Shown: in pieces, positions 50,150 through 62,524 of the stretch
Position numbering within the stretch: the stretch's first letter is position 1
Layout of the letters: each line of letters opens with the position of its first letter
Source: Anthoceros angustus
Taxonomy: Eukaryota > Plantae > Anthocerotophyta
DNA: 64,000 nt
Direction: 5' to 3'
Assembly (NCBI GenBank): GCA_010909165.1
Contig: VJWM01000323.1
Coordinates: forward strand, 5,738 to 69,737
Made by a program: the position numbers and the translations under genes
The notes under the pieces: generated by a model
What the model saw: only the letters and a program-made list of their open reading frames with translations
Told to the model about the DNA's origin: nothing
Database searches by the model: none

Positions 50150-50640
50150 ACTAGGTCATCATGTTCATGTCAAATGCTTGTCCAAGCAATCGACACCGCC
50201 TTCTCATTACTCCTCGGATCATGCCAAAATCTTCTGGACTTGCTTCTTCACGCTTAGGCATCGGCACATTCTCCAACATGTATCCAAAGGCCTTTCTTGC
50301 CCTTTTGGATCAAGCGCAAGATCCTCATCGGTCATAGAACAATGCCGTGGATCCTTCGCACCTTGACCCTTTCCGCAGAGGATAGTCCTTGAGACTCCCA
50401 ACCCTGCGATGACAAGGTCCACGGTTGCCCAAGACAACTCAAATGGGTCAACCCTATCATCCGAACATCCATCGGCGCCTTTCCTCGTAACCCTTCACCG
50501 ACTCCCGCCGGGAGGTTAGGGTACTCCCCCATCAAGTCCCTTACGCGCTTCTGTGACACAATCCTTCCTTTTGGATCCGGGTCACAATGTACGTATCTTC
50601 GTACTTTGATGCCACACTTCAGCACTGCTTCCAAGCCGGA
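50150..50640 (-). pseudogene. C5 DNA methyltransferase remnant (unit 2; motif I removed by the CRE insertion)
   Basis: GLEAVLKCGIKVRRYVHCDPDPKGRIVSQKRV..PMDVRMIG..VDLVIAG/WESQGLSSA.KGQGAKDPR..GYMLENVP..CRLLGQAFDMN. Confidence 0.87.
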
Positions 50641-53495
50641 ACTCTGCTGCGGTGTCAAGGGGGTGAAAACCCACATTGGGCACATGCATAAAGATTTCGA
50701 CCAGACTACTTGGGCTGCCCAAGTGCACATCGCGACCTCCTCCTGCCTGCGGGCAGTCCCGGCCCGATCGCCCATCGGGTGCCTCTCTTCCCGGAATGGC
50801 GCGGGTCACCGGATCACATACTTGGGATGTTTGAAACCCACTTTCCATGCCCGCGATCTTCCGCAGCTTCCCGCCACCTTCATGATGATGCCCCATGCCT
50901 GGCTCTTCCCTTGATCGCCTTGCGCCGATCCCTGTGACGAGTTAGCTTGGTGCCTCCGCTTCCCCTGGTGCCTTCTGTGTTCTAGGGTGGGGCCTGGCAT
51001 CGGAAGTTGCTAGCCGCCTCGGCCGGGTGGATGGGCATCCCTCCGTGAGGAGGCTTTGCGGCCAAGGCTCGGGCGGAATGACAGCAGCTTGAACAGTCCC
51101 GGTAATGCAACAAACTGCTCGCGTTGCTGGCTGCAGTGAGTATGTCATACGCTGTGCTCTTCGACCCTCCCTAGCCCCCGCTCGAGGAGACCATTGTTGC
51201 CCTCCTCCATCCAGCCTAAGGATGCCATCCCCGACATATCCGACTACGTCCCGAGGATCCCTTCTCCTGATCGCGCTTTTGCTCGCACTCTCACGACCCC
51301 ACGCCTTTCATCCGCCGGTTGTCGAATGGTGTTTGAACACCTGTGGACCTTTTTCTCTCAAGATCCATCTAGCGGCTTCCCGAGCTCTTTTCTCCGTCAG
51401 GTGGCTCGGTGAGCCCACCGGATTTCTACCAGTCAGTGTGCTTGTCGCTATGGACAAGCTCGCCTCTCTGCGGCGCCCACTCGCGTCGGAGAAGCCTTCA
51501 TGCTACTCACGCACTATTGCCCTTCTGCCGCCTTCTTCAAAGACCTCAACCCCTTCAATTTGGCATACACCCGGGTGAGTCCGTGGTGCTTGGAGTGAAG
51601 GCATGTTTTGATACCCACCGGGTGGGTGGTCTTCTGAGTTGATGTCGAGCGCCTTCAATACCATTTCTAGGGCGTCATCTTGAGGAGCTTAGGGATCTTG
51701 GCGGCGTCACAGGGAGCCTTATACCTTTTGTCCGGTGCTTCTCGGGAGGTCCTCCAACCTCTACTACCGGCCTGAAACGTCTCTTGAGTTCTTGTCTCTG
51801 TCTTGGAATCGGCCAGTACGGGCAAGGCGACCCCCTAGGCGGTGCTCTCTTCGCCATTGCTCACTATAGGGCCCTATCTAGGGCCGCCTTCTCAGCCAGT
51901 ATGTCTTCCCTTGTGAGACTCTCACATCCTCGGGCCCGGGGACAAAGTTAAGGAGGCCTTTGAGCTCTTCTCTCATGAGCTTTCTCTGGTGGGCTTGAAG
52001 GTCAAGCTGTCCAAGTGCCGCGTCTGGTCTCCGTCGGGGATTCTACCTACTTTGCAGTTTCCCGCTGGGGAGATTGCTCCGGCTTTGGGGCTGCGGATTC
52101 TAGGGGTCCCCTTCGGTTCCCCTGACTTCATCGGAGCTTCTGGACGGGCTCTCATGACCTCTCCCATGTCGAGGACCTCCCTTTCTTTGGAGGATGCACA
52201 GGTGGCCTTTGGAATTCTTTCCTCTGTTTTGCTAGGCGCCTGGTTACCTCATCCCGTCTGCCTCTCCCGACACTTTTGTCCATTGCGGTTTGATAGGAAG
52301 ATTATGGATACTCTTGGGGACATCCACAGGCTCGGGGGCTTTTGAGTGCCCTATGGGCGTCGGCCCCAAGCGTCCCTACATGCAATTTGGAGGCAGTGCA
52401 CTCTCTGTTGGAGGTCTCTTCCCTGCTTTCTGGCGATTGGGCCCTCTTTACTTTGGCTTCTCGGTTCATCCTCCATGGCAGGCCCTTTGGAGGATCTCGT
52501 ATCAGTGTGGAGGAGGAACCTTCTCTCTCAGCGTCCTTGAGGCAAGCTAGGACATGTTATCGGTGGATGCTCGGAAGGACTTCCTCCTTTCTCGACATTT
52601 ATTCTTGATGGTTTCGAGGGTTGCGAGCATCTACGCTCGAGCGGCTCGGCGCTTTCGATCGCCTCGGGACCCCTCCATCCCAGGTCCACAAGGCGCGGCT
52701 CGCTCTTGTTACAGGAAGGTGCTTGGCTATTGGCCCGCCCATGCATAGTTTCACATCGCACCAACCACCTTCTTTGCGATGCGATTGTCTTGCTGCTCCG
52801 GCTGTGGCTTCGCTCTTACTTGCGAGTGCGGCTCGCCCTCGATGATTACGGTACACCTTGCTCGTTGTCCCCAGTCATCGCATTGCCACTCACGGCGCCC
52901 GCGATGTCATATTCGCCATCGCTCATGGCCTACATGGAGGGCGGATGTATACTCTCTGCAGTCGTTCAATCGGTGACACAGACCTTGTCGTCGACCGAGG
53001 TTTGATGGCGGATGTGGTGGTTCGATCCTACACGACACCATCTCGCTCGGTCATCACTAAGTCCGAGTTGACTGCCGAGGCGGCTCTCAAGGTCGCAAAT
53101 ATGGCGGGATGCAAGCGGGCCACCTCTTTATTCGCTTGCACTAAAGCGTATGGGGCAATGGTGAGGACTTTGACAAATTTGTCAAGTCATGCCAGCTTAC
53201 CATGCGTGAACGCAGTGCGGCATCCCTCGTACTTCAGCATACTTCCGACAGCGGGTTTCAATTGCCCTTCAGGCGCTCTCAGCGGCGATCCTCCACAAGG
53301 CGGCGGCGTGGGTGGCGCATCTTCCTCTACCTCCGTGGTTTGCGGGCCGTTTATTCTTCACGCATATGACATTGTGGGTGCAGTAGGTGACTTTAGGTAG
53401 GGAGCTTAGTTGCTCCTCTTCACCTCGACCCCCTGGTCCCCTTTGGTTGTCCCCTCTTAGATGGGCTTTTCCCATCATTTTTTACCTCAATAAAA
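50641..53495 (+). mobile_element. CRE-clade non-LTR retrotransposon (RT plus restriction-like endonuclease), decayed
   Basis: Partial C2H2-like KTHIGHMH; LVAMDK..RP.A.GE; P.QFG; D..SAFNTISR; RQGDPLGGALFAIAH; VGLKVKLSKC; GLRILGVPFGS; CCHC-like C..H..C..H; MADVVV.DPT; QRVSIALQ. AATAAA at 53489. Confidence 0.85.
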
Positions 53496-53507
53496 TCTCT
53501 TCCTTTA

Positions 53508-54310
53508 TGTAGGCAAGGTTGTTGTAACCATCAAGTGGTTGTAACAACTAACCAATTAAATAACTACTAAAAGAAACTACCTAGTGCCCTAAGAATTAAA
53601 TAAATTATTAAGTCCTAGGTGACATAGTGAAGAGTGCCCTAATAGTAAGCTATTTTATCACTACCGAGCTGAAGGTATAGCTCAACAACTCACTGTTATT
53701 TATACTCCTCAACAAAATGGCGTAGCTGAACATAAGAACTTACGCCTTCAAGAGATCACTGGCTGCTTGTTAACACAAGCTCATTTACCCAAAGTTTATT
53801 GGGTGGAGGCCCTCCTCACTGCCACATATCTCATGAATCGACTGCCTACCTTTGCAGTCCAAGATATGACACCTCATGAAGCCTTTAATGGCAAGAAGCC
53901 CTCTATTAATCATTTCCGTATTTTTGGATCTCCAGCATAAGTTTTTATTCCTAAAGCATTGCGTAAGAAGCTTGATCCCAAAGCGCCAAATGCACCTTCA
54001 TTCGTTATACGGAAGGCATAAAGGGCTATAAATCATTCTTCCAGGCAAAAGCTCCTTTATGCTCGTAGCGTCACTTTTCATGAATATCATCTATTTTCTC
54101 CTTCGTGGGAGATATTTTGCCTCCTCATCCCCTTTCTCCTGATGAGGAGTCTGCATCTTCTTTTGATGATAGTGACCGTACAACCCACTTTCCTCTTCCT
54201 GCTTTATGTGTTCCTTCCGATGGACCTATTATGTATGAGGAGGAGGAGTTAGCATCCATCTCACGTCTAAACTCACCTCCATTGGATACAAAGGAACCCA
54301 ACATCTTGAA
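53508..54310. mobile_element. Diverged Copia 2-type LTR fragment (minus, 53508-53660) abutting a plus-strand Copia integrase fragment (53668-54310)
   Basis: The LTR piece resembles 29143-29286. Integrase YTPQQNGVAE..YWVEALLTATYLMNRLPT..TPHEAFNGKKP..RKKLDPKA, similar to 40070-40500. Confidence 0.85.
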
Positions 54311-54332
54311 GATATTCCTGATTGTTCGCTAT

Positions 54333-54570
54333 TGTTAGGGAAGGCAGGTTCCTTCTATTTAGGGAGCGCCCTTACACCCTACTCAATGGGGCTTCGCTTA
54401 GGGCTGATCTATTTTTGACCTGGGGGGATTAGGTTTCGGTTGCTGATGTGGTTGTAACCGATCCCACCCGGGACAGTGTCTGCGAACATGTTATCCTTGA
54501 CCCTCCAGGTTGGGCGGCGGAGGGATGCGCGACAGTTGAGGTCCACAAGTACTATCCTATGCACCGAGGC
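54333..54570 (+). mobile_element. Second CRE-type fragment (REL endonuclease region)
   Basis: RE.P..L.NGASLRADL..ADVVVTDPTR..HKY, homologous to ~52930-53100. Confidence 0.65.
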
Positions 54571-55308
54571 TTATCATAGCCGCAAGAATGGGGTTGGCCT
54601 CCCCCTTTCTTGTATTGTTGCTTTCTTCAGAGGTTTCGATCGCTGCGATGGGCGTTGCTGGCCAATACAATGTCACAATGAGCGCTGGAGAGATGCGCTT
54701 CTTGACACCGGCAGGTAAGTTTTCACATCCCTGACCAAGAAGTTCTTTGAGCGGTTGATAGTTTTGAAATGCGTGATCTTAACCCGTAAGTACACTTCAC
54801 ACTTCTTTTCATAAAAAACATCAAAGAAGAACATTGGACTCATCGATCACGCATTTAACAATTGAAGACATTTGAAATGTGTGATCTTGAACGAACGAAG
54901 GCAAACACATTAACGCATCTTGCCAACCCCTCTCTACCTTCATACAACTCAAATGCAAATAACATTAAAAGATATATAGATTAAGGGTTCCAGGTCTTCA
55001 CCAGACCCCCTGGCGTTCCCACATTTTATGTCAGTCAATTTTCCAAGTTATTCAACCATCGATCCGAGGACAGTTCAGGCAAGGGGCACCTACAAACGTT
55101 CACCAGCCACCTTGCCCGCCTGCGGAGGTGTAGAGTAAACGATGCCAAGGACAAAACCGGGCCTTCGGCAACAGGTCAGCGTAAAGAGATATCCGAAGGC
55201 ATAGGTGGTCATTCTGAGTCAGCTGTGTTTCCACGGGGCGTTGCCCTGGTCATTTAATTCCCGGTAGTCAGGAGTTATAAGCCATCATACGGCCATATCA
55301 TACCCGAA

Positions 55309-56270
55309 TCAAAGTTGGCCTGCCAACTTTTTTAGGTGCTGGAAGGCACGCTGCTTGATCCATTGTCGATCATAAGGGACATAAGCATTGATTGTCGGAT
55401 CAAGTCTGGAGACACATGCCGAGAACACCAATTGTTTAATTTCTCAACAAGCACAACTCGTATCCTACTGCTGTGAAAACAGTGATAGAAAGATTTATGA
55501 GCTAAATGGAATCCAGAGAACATACACCAAAGCACTTATATCTGGCTGCCCATCAATAAATTTGTAAAGGTCCCCAATATCGTATGTAATGTTGCGTTTA
55601 TCAGGGTTTGCTTCTTTGAGCCTCTTCTCAAAAAGGGCACAAATCCCTGCAGAAGAAAAAGGATAACGTGGGTTAAGTGCTGAATCTCTTGCACTTCATG
55701 CTGTCACATAGAATAGTTACGACTTACCGTCCATTGCTAGGGACACAGTTTCATAGTCCATGAATGTACGGGTTGCTCTGCTGGAGAGCGGCTGCCATAA
55801 GATAATCGTATGCCTATTTGCCTGCCAGAGAATGGAGTTTCACTTGACGCAGCCAAAACGGAGGCAAATCCGGCAGACAACATACCAAAAACAAGAGAAT
55901 CACATAACCATTAACAATATAAAGTCTGTGAGGAGTCCAACACACTAGTCAAGTTTTTTCAACATCCCGTGGCAGCACACGCAGAGATGAGGCACAGAAT
56001 AACCTCAGAGAGTAGGACGTAAGCAAGTTACAGTCCTGAACCCTAAAAAGGAAGGCAAAAGACAGACAGACAAGGGCTGGACGAAAGGGTTGGAGGCAAC
56101 CTAGATATGCAGGCCAACAAACATATGCAGGAAAGGCAGAACACAGAGGTGATCCAATCTGAGATACAAGCTGTAAAGCGAAAGATACAAAGGAAACTGA
56201 GCTGCTACGGTGCCAAGAGGAACCTGCCAAATGAGGCGGTGATAGCAGCGATGAGGGTAGCACGTACCAT
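55309..56270 (-). CDS. ERH: Enhancer of rudimentary homolog, 104 aa; exons 56268-56270, 55728-55821, 55526-55646, 55309-55405
   Basis: Spliced translation MANRHTIILWQPLSSRATRTFMDYETVSLAMDGICALFEKRLKEANPDKRNITYDIGDLYKFIDGQPDISALVLDPTINAYVPYDRQWIKQRAFQHLKKLAGQL*. All introns GT..AG with consistent phases. The ATG-only first exon is inferred (ATG|gtacgt). Confidence 0.95.
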
Positions 56271-57739
56271 AGCTGCTCGCCTGCTGCGGGGGATGGAAAC
56301 ACGCTGGAGGTTTACGCGCTGTGGATTGCAGCTGGCGTACTCAGAGTCGCTACGGCCTCGATAGCATACGCGCGGGCAGCATGGTAGTCTGCAGTTCACT
56401 GAGTTCGTCACCACCCAGCACAAGAAACGCATTAGTTGCCCTAAACTGTACCTTTATTGGCCATTCGATGTGTGGCGCCTATTGAAATAGACAAATTTGT
56501 GACACACATTAGGACGGCGCGTTCAAGCCTGCGATCGCCACAGGTGGGGCGCCAAGTGGAAGGACGATGATGAGAATTTACGGGATTCGTTCCCCGCATG
56601 CTGCAACCATGAGAGAGGTGGGGCTTCTTGCTGAAAAACTCGGCCCAATGTCATCCTTGCTCAAATGTGAGTGTAGAGATTGTCCGATCCGGAATCTGGA
56701 ATTTCGAACGGCCTAACAACGCGCTGTTACAAGCCCGCACGAAGCGGCGCACGCAAATCCTTGTATCGCACCGTCCTGAGAACCTTTGCTTGCAGTCAAT
56801 TCGCAGCCACGAACTGCAGTAACTTTATTTAGGTTTCTGAAGTTTCTCAGGCTTAAGAATCCGGAGCTGAAATTTGAACACGTTCCTGATGCCCGGGATT
56901 GGTTCCTTTATTCTCCGTCTAAATGCTTCTCTCAAAACTCCTCCAAGTATCCATTCATGCTCCTGCAATGTCCCGTGGGGAAGGATTCCGGTCTGAGCTG
57001 TACAGACCAGAAAACGTGAGATGTGTGAGCAGTACAGGGTTAGCCAAGGGGAGGGTGACATCCAGCCTTAGAAAAGCCTTCTCCAAAGCAAACGCTCTGC
57101 GATGTGCGGTTTTGCATGTATCATCACCACAAGTGCCAGCGACATCCTTGCAGAAGGAGGCTCTGCCCAGCCGGGAGGAAAACGTGTCGTTCATCAGCCG
57201 CTGTTGTGGCTCCCGTTGCAAATCCTTGTTCAATCGTCTGGAAGCACGTACTACATGGATGGGAAGCTGTTGCTATTTCCTCATCACATTTATTAGACTG
57301 GGCGTCCTACTCAGTGACAACGAGACTCACAGCTTGTCTTCTGCCCTGCCGGTTAGTGCTTAAGCGTTCTTCAATCTGGTACTGACTATCGTCACTACCT
57401 ATCGTAACTAACTTAAATCACTAACTATCGTCACTTTGGTTCACCATTAGAAACTTGTTCTTCTCTTTCGTCGGAGTGCAGACTATTCTTCTCATGCCAG
57501 GAGTCACAATCCTCCGTGCTGACTAATGTAACAGCGAATCACGATTGTCCCTACTTATTTAGAAATGAAGAGGCTGCACCGCCATTTTCGTAATACATCA
57601 TAATCAATACATCTCGTCACGAAGCTGCAATGTTCCCTCAGCAGACGAGAAATCAATTACCAGCTCGCAAAAACCGAGACCACAGCCCATTGCGCACGAC
57701 CAAACAGTCTTCCAATCGTCCCTAAGGAGAGTGCAACCT

Positions 57740-58342
57740 CTAGTTAGCTTTCTCTTTGATAACTTCAATATCCATCTCAGTCGGATCCGTTGCCTGAAGC
57801 TCGTAGTGAACACCATCCAGCTCTCTGCGAAACCGGTCTTTGGAACTGGCATACATCATCTTGGCTTTCACTCTAGAAGTGTCGGGGGACCTACAGACAT
57901 GCAGACACGAGGATCAGACCTGACAGAAACAAACAATGAGCGCCTACTTGATCAGATCCGTTGCCACGTACCAAGCTATGAAGAAGATCTTGCTTTTCTG
58001 ACAGTTGTCAGAAGTGGTGAAATCGAAATCGAAGACTCCGTATCTACAGTCGTGTTCTGGAAGGGCAGCAGTGAAGTCGTCATAAGTTTCAGATGGACCA
58101 CCTGCTTTCTCCACCACAACCTGCTGAACTTTCTCGTCAATTTTGAAAACTATGTAGCGGTAGGTCTTCTTTCTCTTAAGCTCCATAAATTTGAGCTTGC
58201 ACTCATCACTCACAGCCATTCCCGAAGCGGCGTTCGCCTACAAGAAGATGTCAGGCAAACATCCATCAGATCTGACAGATCACAAAAGTACTCAGGGAAC
58301 ATAACTACATCGAGTAGGAGCTGAAAGAGACCAACAGACCAT
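57740..58342 (-). CDS. ADF: Actin-depolymerizing factor (ADF/cofilin), 139 aa; exons 58340-58342, 57972-58237, 57740-57890
   Basis: [102 protein letters not shown]. Plant-type 3/266/151-nt exon layout with GT..AG introns. The ATG-only first exon is inferred. Confidence 0.96.
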
Positions 58343-59668
58343 TGCAACCACGATGAACAGGTATTGCTGCAAAAGAGCGCTGGCGTTCCTGCCTCGTCCG
58401 CGAGGATCTGTGCGGGGCAGCGGCTCCGCCTGAAAAGAGGCTTCTCGACCACGGCACAGGAGGAGACGTGAGAGTGGTGCGGTCCACTAGGAGTTTTAGC
58501 TTCTCGCTCGTCCGCTAGTCCCTAAGCGAACGAGCTCCTAACCCATGACCCCAGCCTGGTTAGGGTTTCCAAAGTTTCGAGGGGATGCGAACTAAGGGAA
58601 TATACAAAAGCCCGAATCCGTATAGGTCTGTAATTTCAATGAAAACATCCTCACTGTGCATTTGCTCCCATTGCCGTGGCCGAAACTTTAATGGTATGGA
58701 CGCTTAATGACACTCATGCATGGTTCACGGCTTAGTTGATCTAATTTATTCGTAAATGAAAGGAAAATATTTCCAAACTTGGAGCATAGCTGGACGTGGA
58801 AATTCCTCGATAATGACATGGCGCTGGTGTAAAAATGACCTGGAAATTTAATGCCCTTATGACGAGATCTCCAACCATCGGCCCCCACCTGTAATGCTAG
58901 TTAGGCAAATTCAGTTGCTAGGATCAACACGGGCAACAGGCTTCTCGCAAGGAAGGATGCATACACAAAGCGAGATCCCATTGTCGGCCGTATTGGCTTG
59001 GATGAACGAGATGTCTTGATGGATGATGCAACAAGTAGTCGAAGAGGTGCAAACAATCTCCCTTGCAATGTGGAAGAGATGATCCTGCTCAAAGTGTTGG
59101 GCACCACAAAATGCTACGAAGGTAGCACAACACATATATGCTGAACAACAATCACACTTTATCCCTCCACACACAGACACACACATATCCGAGGCAAAAT
59201 GCCCCTAGGATGTCAGCATCTTGTCCTAGCTAAGGCAAGGCACTAGCTGGCGAAATGCCCTTTGGTACTTTGCCTTCTACATCACCATTGTTTATACGAA
59301 TCTTCCCAAGGAGATGAGCTATGTTTTTGACTCCTCATCTCATTGCCTGAATCTTGGTCACAAAGTGTGACCTCCCGCATAGCTTCACAAGGGCAAGCCA
59401 AATAGTTAGCAAACGATGCGAAGATTGAAATGCTAGGCATGGGCTTTGCTGAAATAGTGGCAACTTTGCTGAACTAGTGGCAGCTTTTCTTCAAGAGGTA
59501 GCTTTGCTTCAAGAGGAAGCAAATAAGGGCACCAATGTACGGGCAGGAAACACAGGGCCTTGTACACGCTGAGGAAGAGGTGCAGACCAAACCGGGAGGC
59601 GCCGGGCTATCCTAGGAGGCCTTCACTAGGAGCTTGTCATGCCATGAACTATATACACCGATCGACCG

Positions 59669-60420
59669 TGTGGAACGAAAAGTTTGGGCCACCGGTTTGC
59701 TGGTTTTACCTTGAACGGTCCGACTTTTTTTTGTTAGAAATGGTTTGGAGGAAACATGCCAAAACTTTTTCGATTCTTTTGAAGTCGAGTTGTAGACATC
59801 AAGTAGGAAGGTAGGAGGATATTTAGGGAAGAAGAAACGGGTTAAAACGGCCTTGTGGTGAAGCAGTGGTAACCCAAGGGTGTGGTATACCACTCACTAG
59901 GTCGCCATCCACACGGTGAGTTGAGGAGCGCGGCATCACCGCGGTAGACTCGTGCTAGCCACGAGGTCGAGGACGCTCCACAGCGGTAAAAGGAATTTAT
60001 GAGCAGGATATATCTACTATATATGCCCACCAACGGGAAGTTAGATAAATAGGCTAAAATAGGGAATACATAATTAGGGACCTATTAATTAGAAGGTAAT
60101 CGATTAGCAGCCGAAACTGAATAGGAAAATAAGTAACCTAGGGAGAAAAAGGTATTTTAGGATGGTGAATCCAATCTAGGGTTGAGAGGCATCCACGTGG
60201 CGAACATCTGGGGGAGGAAAGTCCAGTTTGGACAATGCCATCTCTCACTCCGAACTGAAGCATCTCCACTTCACGCGAAGAGCTAGTGCTTGAGCGTGAA
60301 GAGGAAGAGAAGAAGGAAGGTAGGCGCCATCACCGCGGTCGAATTGAGAGGAGAAGAAGACTGGGCGCGAGCTAAAGAAGAGGAGGAAACCCTAGCTTGA
60401 GCTTGAGGGAGACGAAGAAA
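59669..60420 (+). mobile_element. 5' portion of a family A/B-related LTR
   Basis: Starts TGTGGAACGAAAAGTTTGGGC (as at 7211); reverse-complement similarity to ~15350-15887. The right boundary is uncertain. Confidence 0.75.
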
Positions 60421-61812
60421 AAGGAGGAAAGAGGCGCGCGCTTGTCATGGGAAAGCGTGAGGAGCTCTCTAAGCCCTGAGTACGAAAGGGTGAAGATCTG
60501 GAAGGTGTAGGCACGTAGGTTGGAGCCCCTGGGGCATCGCGCCTTTGGACTTGAGGGCGCAAGAAGGAATCGCGATCGCGATGCGCGCCGCTCTCGAAGG
60601 AGGAGTTCCCCGAGATCAATTGATGGCAGCAATGGAGCGCAAGCGTGTTTGACTAACGCTGTACCAACTGCGCCTCAGTCAAAAGTGTTGGGTCATGCTA
60701 GGTAGTGAGGAGGAGAAGTATTTGGGAGCGAATCTGAAAATTGCCAGCGCCTGGAATTGGGAAGTAAATTCCTTCTTTGAAAGCACTTGGGGAGTAAGAG
60801 TATTTCCCGGGCATGGAAGGGCAAGGGAAGGAGTGCGCCCTTTGTCGAGGGGCTCTGCCTTCGTAGAGAGGCGCAGAAGAAAGCTTTAGCGGAGGCGTGC
60901 CATAGGGTGGTGGTGATTTTGAAATGCCACAATTCACTTGCTTCTCAGAGGGGCAGCTCAATCCCCTGTGGATTTGGTGGATCACCACATGCTTAGAATT
61001 GCATGCTAGTCATTCTTAAGCAAAGATGCTATATTAACAATGAATCAAGTGTGTTGTTCATAGGTAGGCTTTTATGGGTGGTCTCGCATGAGGGTGTGTC
61101 CTTCGGCCTAGCTCTAGCTAACTACCTATACTAATCGTTTGCTAGGTCTAGGCGACTAACCATATTAGTACAGAACCAGTACGCGCGTATTATTTCTAAC
61201 TCTCCCTCTCGGACACGTTGCCCGAGTGTATGAGAGCTCCGGAACTAAGAAAGGGAGATCACTACTAAAAAAAGCCATGCCAGAGGCTACCATCTTGACA
61301 TTTCTTGTCACATCTTCTAGTCCTAGCATTGTGTAATGACGTCTGTCGTCGTGACATCAACTCACGCAGAGATAGAGCACCATGACCATGACAGGCGGAA
61401 GCAAGTCTTCAACTTAAGTTATCTTTGTAGATGATGGAACAAACATGGAAAGCCTCACCAAATGAGTGATTTGTCTGCGTCACATAGCTACTACAATCTA
61501 CAAGTCCAAGCCCTTCTTTGTGGAAATAGTGTTTAAACTTGAGGCGGAGACTTTGAACCTTGGTAGACATCGGGCCGTATTATCATCCTGTTGATGACAC
61601 ATACTGTATCTTCACTAAGCCCTCTCAAAGCAAAGCATCTCTAACATAATGATGTTGAATCTCGATAATGTGCTTAGTGCGCGAGAAACGTGGGCTTGAG
61701 GTTAGAAACCGGGCGATGGGCGACATATTATCACAAAGCGAATAAGCTTAGGTCACTGCCCTTTGCCTTCGTCATAACGGTTCGAGATAACTTCCTTTCC
61801 CACTGCCTCCTT

Positions 61813-62524
61813 TGTGGCTTGTAGGAAAACCCCGGCTTCCGAGGCTTCCTCCAGCTGGCTACACTTATCAGCTAATCGCCGCTCAGATGCTGGGTCTCGC
61901 CTCCATGAGACTCATGCTTTGAAAATTCGAGGGTCCCGGTGATAACGATCGCCATCGCAAAGGACACAATTTCTCAACCTTCTCCAATAAAGGGCAGCCT
62001 CTACTCACCCTCTTACAGCAATTTAATCACATTCTAAATTACCTAAGCCTTCCTAAATTACCTATTTTCCTGCCTTATCCGCTTCCCCAAATTAGTCACC
62101 TTCTAATTAATCCTATTTATCTACTCCCCTACTGGTGAGCATATATAGTGGATATCTCCTTTATTTTAATTTCCCTTTTGCTTGAGATTTCACACCGCCA
62201 CTTCGTGAGTTTGCCCGACCACTGCCAGTGAAATGCGTCTCGTCTTTCTCAACCTATCGGCTAGTGGTGTGGCAATTACTACACTTACCAACTCTTTCAG
62301 AATCGCCTCACACGCCTTCGTCTGGGAGTCGTTGACCGTCATTCGTCTGGGATATCCTCTTCGCCTTCCTAACGATATTTTACAACTCTAGCCTTCAAGA
62401 TTCTTTTAAAATTTGTAGCATGCTCTTCTTCAATCGCTCCAGCCAAAAAAAAATCAAACTTGTTCGGCCTTCTTGAACTCTTTTAACAATTTGGTTGCCC
62501 AAACTTTACAAGGCGTCTGACACA
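61813..62524 (-). mobile_element. Short (~0.7 kb) version of the family A LTR retaining both termini
   Basis: Left part matches 11105-11300 (GGAAAACCCCGG..ACACTTATC..CATGAGACT); right part matches 15550-15887 (GAGCATATATAGTGGATATC..GGTTGCCCAAACTT). No clear TSD. Confidence 0.7.

Noticed and set aside
56600-57400. Short ORFs between ERH and ADF
   Set aside because: No recognisable domain or consistent splice model; probably UTR/intergenic, though an unrecognised small gene cannot be excluded.
57731-58324. 197-aa plus-strand ORF
   Set aside because: Antisense shadow of the ADF gene with no recognisable motifs.
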